From Amoebidium appalachense (taxonomy: Eukaryota; Protista; Ichthyosporea), in NCBI GenBank assembly GCA_963693365.1, contig CAVNZM010000013.1, forward strand, positions 2,880,722 to 2,944,721: DNA of 64,000 bases, given 5' to 3'. This document shows, one piece after another, positions 51,069 through 63,279 of this stretch (its first letter is position 1; every line of letters begins with the position of its first letter). Both the position numbers and the translations under genes were made by a program. A model generated the notes under the pieces. The model was not told the origin of the DNA. It saw nothing but the letters and a program-made list of their open reading frames with translations, and searched no databases.

Positions 51069-52345
51069 CAGGTTCGTGCCAAATTATTTGGTGCCAAATT
51101 TATTTGGGGCATAAATGGGTCGGTTCGAACTATTATGGGTCGAATCAGCTCGAATCGTTCCTGACCCGTTTTCTGACCCGTTTTTGTGGCTCATCGTTGG
51201 TGGCGTCTGATTCGAGGAATAAACTCGAAAGGCGGGCTAAGCAAGACCACGTCAACCACGTGCAGGTGGTGGCGTACTTGAACGGGCAGTCACAGCCTGG
51301 ACTGGCAGTTGACAGGTGTGACACAGCGCTAGCATCCTTATCATATTGCAGTAGGCTCATATAAAAATAATAAAAACAGACAACACCCTTTAATGCTCGA
51401 TCATAACTGACAGTACATATTTTGTGTGAGCATGGGTTACAAACATGCTCGCGTCCGCATTGGACGTGGGCAAGGCCATTGGGCTTTGCTGAGGATTCTC
51501 GTTCATGTTATCCTCGCCTTTTGTCTTTTGGCTGCAGCGGGTTCAACAAACAACCCAGATGGGGTGAACAAAAAAGTCATTAAGGAAAACAAATCTTGGT
51601 CTAAAGATCATGCCAAGCTGGAACAGCCATTCGTTGCACGGTACATTGATTATTGCATAGCGGATCATGAGGACTCTGTCGAAGCTGGCACGTGCCCCCC
51701 CCAGCCCTTCCTCAGGGATTGGGTGTGGCATCAAACCCGTCATGGCGGCCGGATAGATGCATCTACAGCGGAGGGAGTCCATCAGGTGATTCCCCCCTTC
51801 CCCCCCCCCCCCCCCCCTCCCCCCTCTCTCCCCACCACCCCCTGCCTCTTTTCCACTTTTTCTCTCCCCTCCCCTGTCTCTCTGTTCTGGGCCTTACAGG
51901 TGGTTCCTCCGTTTTAGAAGTTGTTTTTTATGTAATACGTTAGGTGTGTCCTTTTGCATCTTGTGGATACCAATGCCTTCACCGCTCAGGCCTTCCCTTG
52001 CACTTAATCTTATGGACCTTTGTGCCTCTCCCATGATCTGTTTGGCATGGCATGCTGCCTTTTCTGCTTTGGCTTGCCTCTTATATGTTGCTATCACCCG
52101 ATAGGGTATGTGTGGCAACGTGTTCCATATGTTTTGTGTGACCATTCTGTGCAGTGTACCCACTTAAAGCCCACTCCTCCGCTTTTCCCCCTTCCCTCCC
52201 TTCCCCTTTAAGCATACAATTAGTCAAGAGGCAGTACAGGATAGTGGGTAGAGAGTTTCTGTGTGTCACGGTGTATGCCTGTGGGTGTGTGCTTGTCTGT
52301 GTGTGTATGTGCCTGTGTGTGTGTAGTGAGTGTGTGTGTGTGTTG

Positions 52346-52396
<51 letters not shown>

Positions 52397-52932
52397 TTGT
52401 GTGTGTAATGTGGGTGGGTGGGTGGGTGGGTATAGAGAAGGGGAGAGGGGGGGGGGGGGGGGGGGGCGTGTATGTGTGTGCCTGTGTGTGTATGTTAAAG
52501 ACAGGGGAGGGGGGGAAGGGGGAGAGGTCAGGGTAGGGAGAAAGGGAGGGAAGGATGGGTGGGTGGGAGGGTTGGAGGGAAGGAGGGAGGGGGAGAAAGG
52601 GTAGAGGGAGGGATGGCGGAAAAGACAGAAAGAGAGGGGCAAAGAGAGGAGGGCAGTCGGTAAAGAGGAAGGGCGGGAGGGTGGGACGGAGAGGGAGAAG
52701 GGGGGAAGTGGAGAATTAGGCAGGGGGGGGGGGCCGAGAGCAAGAGGGGGGGGTGGGGAGGGTGTGGGCGGTGTGTGTGTGTGTATGTGTGTGTGTATGT
52801 ATGTTGTGTGTGTGTGGGGGGGGGGGGGGGGGGGGGGGTTGGATGGGGGATTCGGTTGGGAGTGGGTTCTTTATAGACCTGGCAACCATTGACCAGCTAT
52901 TCTCTCACCCTGTCTTTGTGTTCACTCTGCAG

Positions 52933-55717
52933 CTTATGGCAATAATGGCAACCGTTCCTTGCCTGAGTGTGGTATGGAGGTTGGGTCTTTCGACAGTGAT
53001 GGCTCTGACGATGACGATGAGGGGTCAAGTGACGAGAGCCCCGGTTCATTCAACGTGTCAACATGTGTGCGCCTAGCAGGCCGCAAGCTTAACGCCCGGC
53101 GTGCGATGCGCAAGCTGATTGGGTCTGTGCACAGCTCCGAAGGGTTTGCTTTAGCAGCACAGGACCCGGATCATCTGCTCTTCACTCTAGTGTTCTTTGA
53201 CGAGGCCGTGGCAGCAGACATACAGCTTGCCAGGTGCTTCCTGCCGAACCCCCCCCCCCCCCCCCCCCCCTTCCCCTCCAACGCCCCCCGCTCCTCCCTC
53301 TCGCCTCTCCCCCCCTTTCCCTGCAGGGCCTCCTCCCCTTTCCCCCATCCCCCTTTCCCCTCCCCCCCCCCCTCCCCCCCCCCCCCCGCCCCCTTTTCTG
53401 CATCCCCCTCCCCCTCTCCTCCTTCCCACAATTCTTCCTCCCAACTGCTCCACCTCCTTACTTCCTTGCACGTATCAATCCATCTCTCCTTCCAACCCAA
53501 GTGACACCAGTTTTTTGTCAGACAACCTGCCTCCCCAGGCCCACTTATTATGCCTGTCCTGTTCCCCTCCCCCCCCCCCTCTCCCCCCTCAGGAGGGCCT
53601 CTGCCCATTCGTCCCTCCTTTTCAAGTCCTCCATTACCTCTTACCTCCCCTAATTCTCATTATTCTCTAATAGTATACCTATATCTTCCATCCTACCTTT
53701 TTGGAAGCTCCCTGCTTCTCTTCCACCTATTTGAAAGCATCTGCATCTACCCCCCCCCCCCCCCCCCCGGGTTGACCCACCCAAGTTCAGTTGATGCTGC
53801 TGTCTGAGTTGGAGCGTCGTATATACGCGGGCTAAGGGGTCGAAACTCAGACGCAATTGATGACTTGGGCCCTCCCTGAGGATGGGCTCTGCTTATGACG
53901 CATACTGTGCGCATGGCTGATGCTGCATAGTTGAATGTTTGCCTTTGCATGTGTCCTGCACCATGCTTCTCATCGTGTATGCGTACTTCGTACTGTGTTC
54001 CGCATTCAAACCCCCCCTGTCTTCTTTCAGAGGTGTCCTTTCAGGACAGACCACTGTGTGGAGACATCTTTACTTCCATGCAACCGGGCATGGTTGCTCT
54101 GTGTCGTGCATCTGTAAGCACACGCGTTTGTCGCTGCACTGCATTAGTTTGCACACACATCTTCACCGTTTTGCTCACCTTGCTTGCATAAGCAACCCTG
54201 CTCGTCTTTGATCAAGACGGGTTGACCCACCCAAGTTCAGTTGATGCTGCTGTCTGAGTTGGAGCGTCGTATATACGCGGGCTAAGGGGTCGAAACTCAG
54301 ACGCAATTGATGACTTGGGCCCTCCCTGAGGATGGGCTCTGCTTATGACGCATACTGTGCGCATGGCTGATGCTGCATAGTTGAATGTTTGCCTTTGCAT
54401 GTGTCCTGCACCATGCTTCTCATCGTGTATGCGTACTTCGTACTGTGTTCCGCATTCAAACCCCCCCTGTCTTCTTTCAGAGGTGTCCTTTCAGGACAGA
54501 CCACTGTGTGGAGACATCTTTACTTCCATGCAACCGGGCATGGTTGCTCTGTGTCGTGCATCTGTAAGCACACGCGTTTGTCGCTGCACTGCATTAGTTT
54601 GCACACACATCTTCACCGTTTTGCTCACCTTGCTTGCATAAGCAACCCTGCTCGTCTTTGATCAAGACGGGTTGACCCACCCAAGTTCAGTTGATGCTGC
54701 TGTCTGAGTTGGAGCGTCGTATATACGCGGGCTAAGGGGTCGAAACTCAGACGCAATTGATGACTTGGGCCCTCCCTGAGGATGGGCTCTGCTTATGACG
54801 CATACTGTGCGCATGGCTGATGCTGCATAGTTGAATGTTTGCCTTTGCATGTGTCCTGCACCATGCTTCTCATCGTGTATGCGTACTTCGTACTGTGTTC
54901 CGCATTCAAACCCCCCCTGTCTTCTTTCAGAGGTGTCCTTTCAGGACAGACCACTGTGTGGAGACATCTTTACTTCCATGCAACCGGGCATGGTTGCTCT
55001 GTGTCGTGCATCTGTAAGCACACGCGTTTGTCGCTGCACTGCATTAGTTTGCACACACATCTTCACCGTTTTGCTCACCTTGCTTGCATAAGCAACCCTG
55101 CTCGTCTTTGATCAAGACGGGTTGACCCACCCAAGTTCAGTTGATGCTGCTGTCTGAGTTGGAGCGTCGTATATACGCGGGCTAAGGGGTCGAAACTCAG
55201 ACGCAATTGATGACTTGGGCCCTCCCTGAGGATGGGCTCTGCTTATGACGCATACTGTGCGCATGGCTGATGCTGCATAGTTGAATGTTTGCCTTTGCAT
55301 GTGTCCTGCACCATGCTTCTCATCGTGTATGCGTACTTCGTACTGTGTTCCGCATTCAAACCCCCCCCCCCCCCCGTTCATAGCCCCTCCTTCATCAGTA
55401 CTCCCTTACACCTGCCCGGCCCCCTTCAGAGTGCCTAACCCCCTCCCCCCCCCCACACACACACCCCTCCCCTTTCACACACCTGCACACACGAACGCAC
55501 ACATGCATGCACGCATGCACCCTCCCTCGCAGCCACGAGCGCACACACTCTTATTCACTTATAGAATTGTTAATAATCTAATGCCCCCCCCCCCCCCCCC
55601 CCAACCCCCCCCCCAACCCCAACCCACCCACACACGCACACACACACACACGCCAAGGTTTCCCTTGTTCTGCTCCTCGGCCTTTCCGCCTTCCCCATAA
55701 TCTGTCTTTCTCTCTCT

Positions 55718-55754
<37 letters not shown>

Positions 55755-58254
55755 CCCCACCCCACTGTCACCCACCCCACCACCACTGCCCTACGTCACC
55801 CTCCCACTTCTTGTCTTTGCTTATTCTTCCTTGTGATGTGCAACACAGGGACATATCCGGGCCACCTGAGGTCCAGCAACAACGCCTTCTTCAAATTCTG
55901 GGTGCCTGGAGAATGGAGCTTATGGAAACACCCGCTGACGGCAACTGTTTGTTTCATTCGGTGTGGCATTATATCAATCAGTATCTACAAAGCGGTCATG
56001 TAGCTACCCGTGAACACCTCAACACATTGGGGTTTACAGCTAATATGGAGCCTATAGAGGCGATTGGACGGCTACGCGAACTAATGGTAAACGAATGGCG
56101 GCGAAATCTAGCAGAATACCAAGGATTCCTTTCAAGGGTGACCCTCGCATACGTAGCTGATGATTTCCGCTGTCCTCGGCGCGCCCATTTTGCTTCTGCA
56201 GCCGGTGACGCGATGGTGCTGGGCTTAGCCAACGCACTCCGCATACCAATAACCATTTTTAGCACGATTGCCAATCACGGTGTAGTTGCGGTCACTCCAC
56301 CCACCGTCATCGAACCCAACATTGCCATACCCGTATCACTTAACGGTGCAGCAGATCATTACTCAGTGGTAATACCTCGCTTGTCGCATGCGAACAAAAT
56401 CTCGGACAACAACCAAACACAAACATCACACTCAGTTGACACGGAAAACTCGACGGAGTTGGCGTCTAACGCTAACACAACTGACACGTTCGGTGGGTTG
56501 CCCGCCAAGGGCTGCAGCTGTAATAGAAACAGTAAGGATAGAACACGTTTTTTTTGTGGTTTTAAGAACGGCGGGGGAAAAGTGCAGGCATACGATGGGC
56601 ATGAGCGTTGCATATGCGCAAAGAACAAGCGGGCATGCACCCAGGCATGCAGGTGTGAGAATTGTGGCAACAGGTGAGCCGTATGATATGCATTTGCTAC
56701 TTTTCTTCTTTTGCATCCTCTATTTGCCCACACTTGGTACTTTATAATCGAAACCTTAACTTGGCCAAATCCAGGTATTTCTGCTTGTCCCTCTCTTTAT
56801 TCCCCCCCCCCCCCCCCCCCCCCCTTTCCCCCCCCCCCCCTCCCTCCCCCCCCCCCCCCCCCCCCCCCGGGAGGGGAAAGAAAAGCCCCCTCTCCCAATC
56901 CCCTCCCCCTCCTGTATCCGTCGTTTCATGATGTCTAACCCCTCCTCCTCCCCCCCACCTTCCCCACTGCTCACCACCTGCACACCCGCACACCATACAC
57001 AAACTTAAACACACACACGCATGCACGTGTGCACGCACACACACAGCCCCTCCCCCCCCCCCCCCCCCCCCAACACACACACACACACACACACAATGCA
57101 TCCGCGCATCATGGTCCATGCATACACGTGTGTGGATAGATGCACAGGTGCACGAATCCACGCACGCACGCACCCACAGAGCACGTGTGCGCACGCACAC
57201 ACAAACACACATGTGTACACGTGGGCGCGCATTCACACGCACACACAAACGCACATACACATGCAGTCATGGACAGCGGCCAGAGCCAAACCGTCCAGGT
57301 CGCCCGTCTACCATGCAGCTTCATTTATCCGGCGAAGGGGGGAACCTTTCCCTGAGAAGTGGTGATGGGTCCACCACCACCCATACGGCCAACACAACAG
57401 CCACCAGGGGCAAGGCCACTGCCACGGTTCCAACGCAAAGGCGGCGCGCACGATTCACGCAAACACGAACCACAGATCAGAATGGTTTGGAGTATTATGT
57501 GTCTGTGGGCGAGGAGGTACGTTCGGGTAGATGGTCGGATGCGGAGACCGCGTTGATTGAAAGTATTGTTATTTCGCTTGCGGAACAAAAGTTGCCGGCA
57601 ACAGAGGAGGACATATTTGCACATTACCATGCAGCATTGGAGGGCAACGAGGAGGGTGTGGGGCTGGATGCCATCCTTTCCAAAGCATTGAAACAAATCA
57701 AGTCAAAAATAGAACACATTGAGAAGGAAAGACGTTTGCGTAGTCAGGTGGCCGCCGAGGTGAGGGAGGAAATCGCGAGGGCTAAGGAAGCCGCTGCTAG
57801 GACAGTTACGGAGAAAGCAAGCGAGAGAGCACGAAACACGAAACGTGGGCTGAAGTCACAGAGTAATTCACAGACTGCCCCGTCAAAGAAGGCCAAGCCC
57901 AGCGGCCTTTCACGTGCAAGCACCAACACAGGTGTTGCCCCTCAGGAGCATGATCCCACCAGTTCGTCAACCGATTCGGCGGATGAATTCCAAAGCACCC
58001 AACAGTCTGGGGTGATTCCCCCTAGCCAGCACCCGCACCATCCGCAAGCGTTCCACCCCAGTTATTATCACACATACCCGAGCACGATAGCCAGTGCACA
58101 ATGTAGCGTCTGTCAACTGACTTTAGCAATCCCTCCCCATCTGTGTCATACTTACATGCAATGCTGTAGGTGCAAGGCCATGTTGTATGCTCTGGTCACC
58201 GCTTTTGGCATCCGCCTGCTCAGTTTTAGTGTCACGGATAATAGGTGGAAGTGA
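52933..58254 (+). CDS. Spliced gene: acidic segment, OTU cysteine protease, CXC/CRC-like domain, Myb/SANT-like helix, coiled coil, C-terminal C4 zinc ribbon; 5' part (51538-52105) degenerate; probably DNA-transposon derived
   Basis: Exons 52933-53233, 55849-56673 and 57267-58254 join in phase 2. Motifs: TPADGNCLFHSV...DHYS (OTU Cys/His); CSC..C..RCICAKNKRACTQACRCENCGN; GRWSDAETALI; CSVC...CCRC. Confidence 0.72.
53768..55360 (+). repeat. Tandem array of the 450-bp structured element: one 5'-truncated unit plus three apparently identical full units, intronic
   Basis: Exact period of 450 (54011-54460, 54461-54910, 54911-55360). Units are joined by C7 and flanked by long C runs. Confidence 0.97.
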
Positions 58255-59195
58255 GCCAATCCCTCCACGTAGTTTTTTATTTTTCTAATTGTTATTGTGG
58301 CTGCCAGCTGCTTTGGGGTCAGGTGGCAAACGTAGGGCATGTCTAGTAGGTTCGATTAGTATGGGATTTGGCATCATGATGCCAAGACTTAGTCAATACA
58401 GTAACTTAAGAATCAGTTTGTTAGGTGTTAGTTGTAACATTTAACTTCCAGTAATGTTCAGCATGTCAGAGTGGTAGTTTATGATTGTAATGTTACTTAC
58501 AGTTTAACTGTAATGTCACGGTGTATGTAGAGTATGCTATCACATTCAATGCACACACACGGCACACACACATGAACATGCACACACGCAACCACATACA
58601 CGTCAAGCACACACTACGTATACATCCATGCATGCGACATTCGCCTTTTTAATACCTATGATATCATTACGTAGTCAAAATACCATAATAATAATGTGTA
58701 GAAGTGATTGCAGGTCACTTTCACATGCTGCAGCTGTTTTATTAATAATGACACCGTAAATTAATGGCAAGCACACTGCAGACTCGGATTCCCCCCCCCC
58801 CCCCCCCCCCCCTCCCCCCCCCCCCCCCCCCAAAAAAAAAAAAAAAAAAAATCCCCCCCCCCCCCCCCCCCCCCCCCTTCCCACCTCGAAATTTTTGGGC
58901 GGGGGCGGGGGGCGGGGGCGGGGGCGGGGGGCGGGGGGGGGGGGGGGGGGGGGGGAGCTTGGGAAACGAGGGTGCAACCGTGTCGGCTGTGTCCGACAGT
59001 GTGTCGCCGAATTGGCGTGATTCGATTGGCTGTATTTTAACGGGAGAATACATCGCGTTCAATGACAGGGTACGTGAAACCCTGTTTTTAGCTGGGGTTG
59101 TTACAGGTGCCATTTTAGTAATCATAATATGTTCCCTACCCTGGATGGCCCTAATATGGCTACCAATCTTTTAGGGGGGCTTATTATCTTGTATG

Positions 59196-61265
59196 TTTTT
59201 CTTTTTTTTTTTCTTTTGACTGGATTTATTCGACGGAAAGATATGACAAGTATGCACGGCATACTGAGAAGACAATAAAAACTTCACGAGTTATCCAGTA
59301 ACAAGTGCAGACTGAGATACCTGAACACTGTGTGAAAATCATATAAATACTCAATGTGACGACCAACAGAATTCAACAAAAAGTCTAAAGTGTTCACATT
59401 GCCAGCTAGTGTAGCAGATACCCGGAGGGAAAGAGGTAAAACGCAACATAAAAATTCACACCTATCAACATGCTTGCGATTAAAAAGGTCAGCACAAAAG
59501 TGGCACCAGCGGCGATGAAAACAAGAATTACAGCGCCACTGCACAACTTCCCAGGCAATATCAACATCAGAGCACCATACAGACTTATCTACTAGGGTGG
59601 TATCCATACGTACAGCAGGAGAAATGTAACCTGCCAAAGCTCCCAAAAAGCGATAATGATCAGTACGGTGTTGCCTAAGGAACATAACACATGCCGACTG
59701 AGTTTTACCTTTGATTTCTCTATCAGAACGAGAAAGAAACTTATACTGCGTATGGTAATAACGCAAAAAGGCAGAAAAAACAGGAAGAGAAAAGAAAGAG
59801 GGAGTGAGATAGCGAGAGGAAGAATCAGGTGGAAAGAGGGTAGGCTGAGGACATTCAGAAGTAGCGTTGGTGAATCGGGGGGAAGAGGGATGGAGGGAGG
59901 GGGGGGAAAGAAAGCATAAAGAGGGTGACCATCAGGTAGCCTAACTAAATGAAAACAAAAACGAAGAGACAATTCCTCCATACGACAAACAGCAGACGAC
60001 AATCCAAACATACTGATTAAGGGAGGCACGAACCGAGTACGAAACAAAGTGCGTAGCGCAGTACCCTGAAAATCGTCGAACTCGTTCAGCGCCATTGCCG
60101 CCTCGCGAGGTGGGGCGCAGGCCAATAGCGGAAGTCCATATTCGAAAGTCGGCCGTAAAAAAGCTTTATAGTAGAGAAGAAGGTTCGCAGGATGGATCAC
60201 AGACTCCTGTTGAAACATATTTGACACGATGTGAAGCTTACCCTTTGCACGAGCGATCCGTGCTGTGAGGAGCTTGCGGAAATCAATACCCCGTGCAGTA
60301 AAAGATGATACCCAAATAGTCATAGGTGCTCTGAACAGGAATAGGAAGGCCGGCCAATCGAAAGGAAGTGTTCTTCGAAAAAGTAGCACACTTTGCAATT
60401 CCGACTGTCATGAAATTCTCGGTGCACCATTGATCCACCTGACGAAGCATCTGGTGCATGACATCTTCGGTTAAGGAACAATTTGAAAGAACAATATCGT
60501 CCGCAAAAAGGAGACCCGGTACACGACGGGTATGCAGTTGGCCAAAGGGTTCGAGGGCGCAGGCTAAATCGTCAATGAAAACGTCAAACAACAACGGACT
60601 CAGGAGGGACCCCTGCAGAAGACCCCGGGAACGGGAAAAACCGGGTGTTAATGTTCCATTGACCGCCGCGCGTCCGCGAGTGGTATCGAACAACGCTTGC
60701 AGAAGACGGCCAAAGGGGGCTGGTAAGCCCCGCATAGCTAGCTTATGCCATAACAAACCAGTGGGTACGGTGTCGTAGGCGTTCTTAAGGTCGATGAAGA
60801 CAACGTGTGGAGAGCCAGAAGTAATGGATTCATGGAGTAACAGACTGTGAGTATAACACGAATAGGCATGACGAAAGCCCCCTTGAAGGGAAGAAAGACG
60901 GAACACGGCGTTTAAAGAATCGTCGGTGTTAAACGCGCGAAGCATGCAACCCTCGAAGAGCCGACGAAAAACGTTGGTAAGTGTGACGGGACGAAAGTCG
61001 TTAATGACCCCCTGCGATACCTTCTTACGAACGGGCGTAACGATTGTGTCAAGCCAGGAATTTGGAATAAACCCGAGTTCGAAAAAAAGCCGAAAAAAAC
61101 TCACTAAGAAGGACAGCAAAAGGCGGGGGCGGGGGGGACTTTGCACGATTACGGGGCGGAAGCACGGGAGAAAGAACCTTGAAAAGGACGGGAGGAAGAG
61201 CATCCGGCCCGCACGCCTTGCGGGGTTTTAACGCCCGTATAGCACCAAAAACAGCCGAAGAGTGG
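59196..61265 (-). mobile_element. 5'-truncated LINE (non-LTR retrotransposon) with frameshifted RT ORF and poly(A) tail
   Basis: KACGPD, NDFRPVTL, QGGFR, FIDLKNAYD, GLLQGSLLSP, LFADD, YDYLG, Cys/His C-terminus. AATAAA at 59230-59225, A-tail at 59217-59196. Confidence 0.92.
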
Positions 61266-61404
61266 TTTTATTTGTGGAAATTATTGACATAAATATTTTT
61301 CTGGGTAAACACGTAGGATGGGTGTTCGATACCAACATAACCATGTAGGCTTCATTTCGTGTTTTAGCAGTTCGCGGTTGGCTGCCCGCACACGGGCACC
61401 TATT

Positions 61405-61525
61405 AGCCAATCAAAACATCAGATACCACAGATCACTAGACCGAGTTATGATTGGCTCGGATCAGATTTCACATATTGCTAGATCGATTTTGATTGGCTC
61501 AGATCGGTAGGCTTAGGTATATAAG
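61405..61525 (+). promoter_or_regulatory. Pol II promoter-like region of the Ngaro/DIRS element
   Basis: Three CCAAT/ATTGG boxes (~61407, 61451, 61493), then TATATAA at 61518, ~130 bp before the gag ATG. Confidence 0.55.
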
Positions 61526-61647
61526 CACGACAGTTTTTAGCAGATCAGCAACTTGAAGCTACAAACACATCTTCTGTGTTTAGCATCCACAGCCTTACAG
61601 CTATATATTCCTTTTCACTCTCCCTATCTTTCCCTACGCCGGTCAGC

Positions 61648-62817
61648 ATGCCGCCGAAAAAGCGCCAGGCCTCAGCCACCGCCCCTGCCGCGGCACCTAA
61701 GCGCCTGACCCGCAGCGACCTCCGCCACAGGCTGACCAACGCTCCCGCGGACACTGACGCGCCTCCAGCGGCCCATACCACCACGGACCCGGACCCGCCG
61801 GCTACTCTCCCCTCCACTCCTGAAGTCCCCCCTCAGGCCCCGCCGTCCCCGCAGATGACTTCTCAAGACGCCGTCCTTGCCGCCCTCACCGCCATCAGCA
61901 CCCAGATGGCTGGCGTCCTGGCTGCCCTCACCAACCGCGACCCTCCCGCGCCCCCCGCCGCGCCCTCCGCACCCGGGGAGGTTTCCCCGGGGCTGCATCT
62001 CGGCCCTGACCTAGACCTACCTGCCCTGCCCGCGCCCCCCATCACAGGTGAGAACACTGGCGACATTCAGCCGGGCACACTCCCGCTTCCCCCCGCGGAT
62101 GTGCTGGCAGATTTGCGCGCCAATCGTTTCGTCGACCTGTATAAGTTCACCCCCGCCGCCCTCCTGGCCCCATCCAAGAAAGGTCAGCATCTGCGCATGG
62201 CCGACGACGGCAGCATCGAGACTTTTCGCCAAGACAAACCCGTTCCCCTGCGTTCACTCGTCATTTGGATCCAAGCTTGGACCCATTACATGGCCGCCAA
62301 GCACCACCTCGGCCTCCCCACGGACAAAGACGTACTTTGGACTCAGCACATCACTCGCCTCAGCACCCGATACCCGTGGGCCCAGATCCACAACTATGAC
62401 GTATACGCCCGCACCGTTGCCCACCAGCAGGGTCGGGCTCCGATCGAGTGTCCCAACCTGCTCGCCCAACTCCACCAGGATCTCCTCCTGCCACCCACTC
62501 TGCTCATCCCGGACGCATGTCAGCGCTGTGGCTTCCCCGACCACCCCAGCGCGGCCTGCCCCATGTACCCCAAGCCCGGCTGTGGTCTTGACGGCTTTAA
62601 GCCGCCCCACAAGCCCGGCGGGGGTCAAACCCCTAACCGCCCTGGCCCGCAACCCGGCCCGGCAAAACCGGCCCGACCCGTGGATCTACCCGCGACGCAC
62701 TGCAGGAATTTCCACATTAACGGTCGGTCCTGCGCTAAGCAGCCCTGCCCCTTCTCCCACGTGTGCCCGCTCTGCTCTGGCACACACCCCCGCAAAGACT
62801 GCAAGCACAATGCCTAG
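61648..62817 (+). CDS. gag: Gag-like ORF1 of a tyrosine-recombinase (Ngaro/DIRS) retrotransposon
   Basis: FVDLYKF, W.QAW..Y, W..I.NYD..R; CCHC (CQRCGFPDHPSAAC); C-terminal CRNFH..C..C.FSHVC..C...H....C cluster. Confidence 0.85.
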   Translation: MPPKKRQASATAPAAAPKRLTRSDLRHRLTNAPADTDAPPAAHTTTDPDPPATLPSTPEVPPQAPPSPQMTSQDAVLAALTAISTQMAGVLAALTNRDPPAPPAAPSAPGEVSPGLHLGPDLDLPALPAPPITGENTGDIQPGTLPLPPADVLADLRANRFVDLYKFTPAALLAPSKKGQHLRMADDGSIETFRQDKPVPLRSLVIWIQAWTHYMAAKHHLGLPTDKDVLWTQHITRLSTRYPWAQIHNYDVYARTVAHQQGRAPIECPNLLAQLHQDLLLPPTLLIPDACQRCGFPDHPSAACPMYPKPGCGLDGFKPPHKPGGGQTPNRPGPQPGPAKPARPVDLPATHCRNFHINGRSCAKQPCPFSHVCPLCSGTHPRKDCKHNA

Positions 62818-63209
62818 TCTACGCGCACACCCACACACACAGCTAGAACATAGGGGTTAGGAGCTAGGACACACGAGTACAGGGAAACGGAGCTCGGGAG
62901 AACGGGCCAATAGGGCTGAGTACAAAATTTCGCAGGCCAACTACGGCGCCCGCGCGCGTCAAGAATAAATGTCCCTACACAAAGACGTTTATTCTGGCCA
63001 CTGCACATAATTTTACTCCCCCCCCCCATCCCACGAGCCTCCCCCCCCCTTACACTCACCTAGCACTCCCCCCCCCCCCCCTTCTTCTACCTCTGTGTCC
63101 GCCCACACCCCCGCGTGCTCGGGCACATTCCCCTGCACAGGGCCCCGCTGCCCTCCCTGCCAACCCTCACTTGGGCCCAGCTGCCCTACTCTAACCCCCC
63201 GGGGCCCTG

Positions 63210-63261
<52 letters not shown>

Positions 63262-63279
63262 CTGCCGGGATCTCCCTGA

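Noticed and set aside
53931-55381. Repeated 60-90 aa ORFs in the 450-bp array; CRISPR or 5S/snRNA gene array
   Set aside because: No domain similarity, no evidence of codon conservation in the diverged copies, and no spacers. I could not align the unit to 5S, U1, U2, U3, U6 or 7SL beyond short words.
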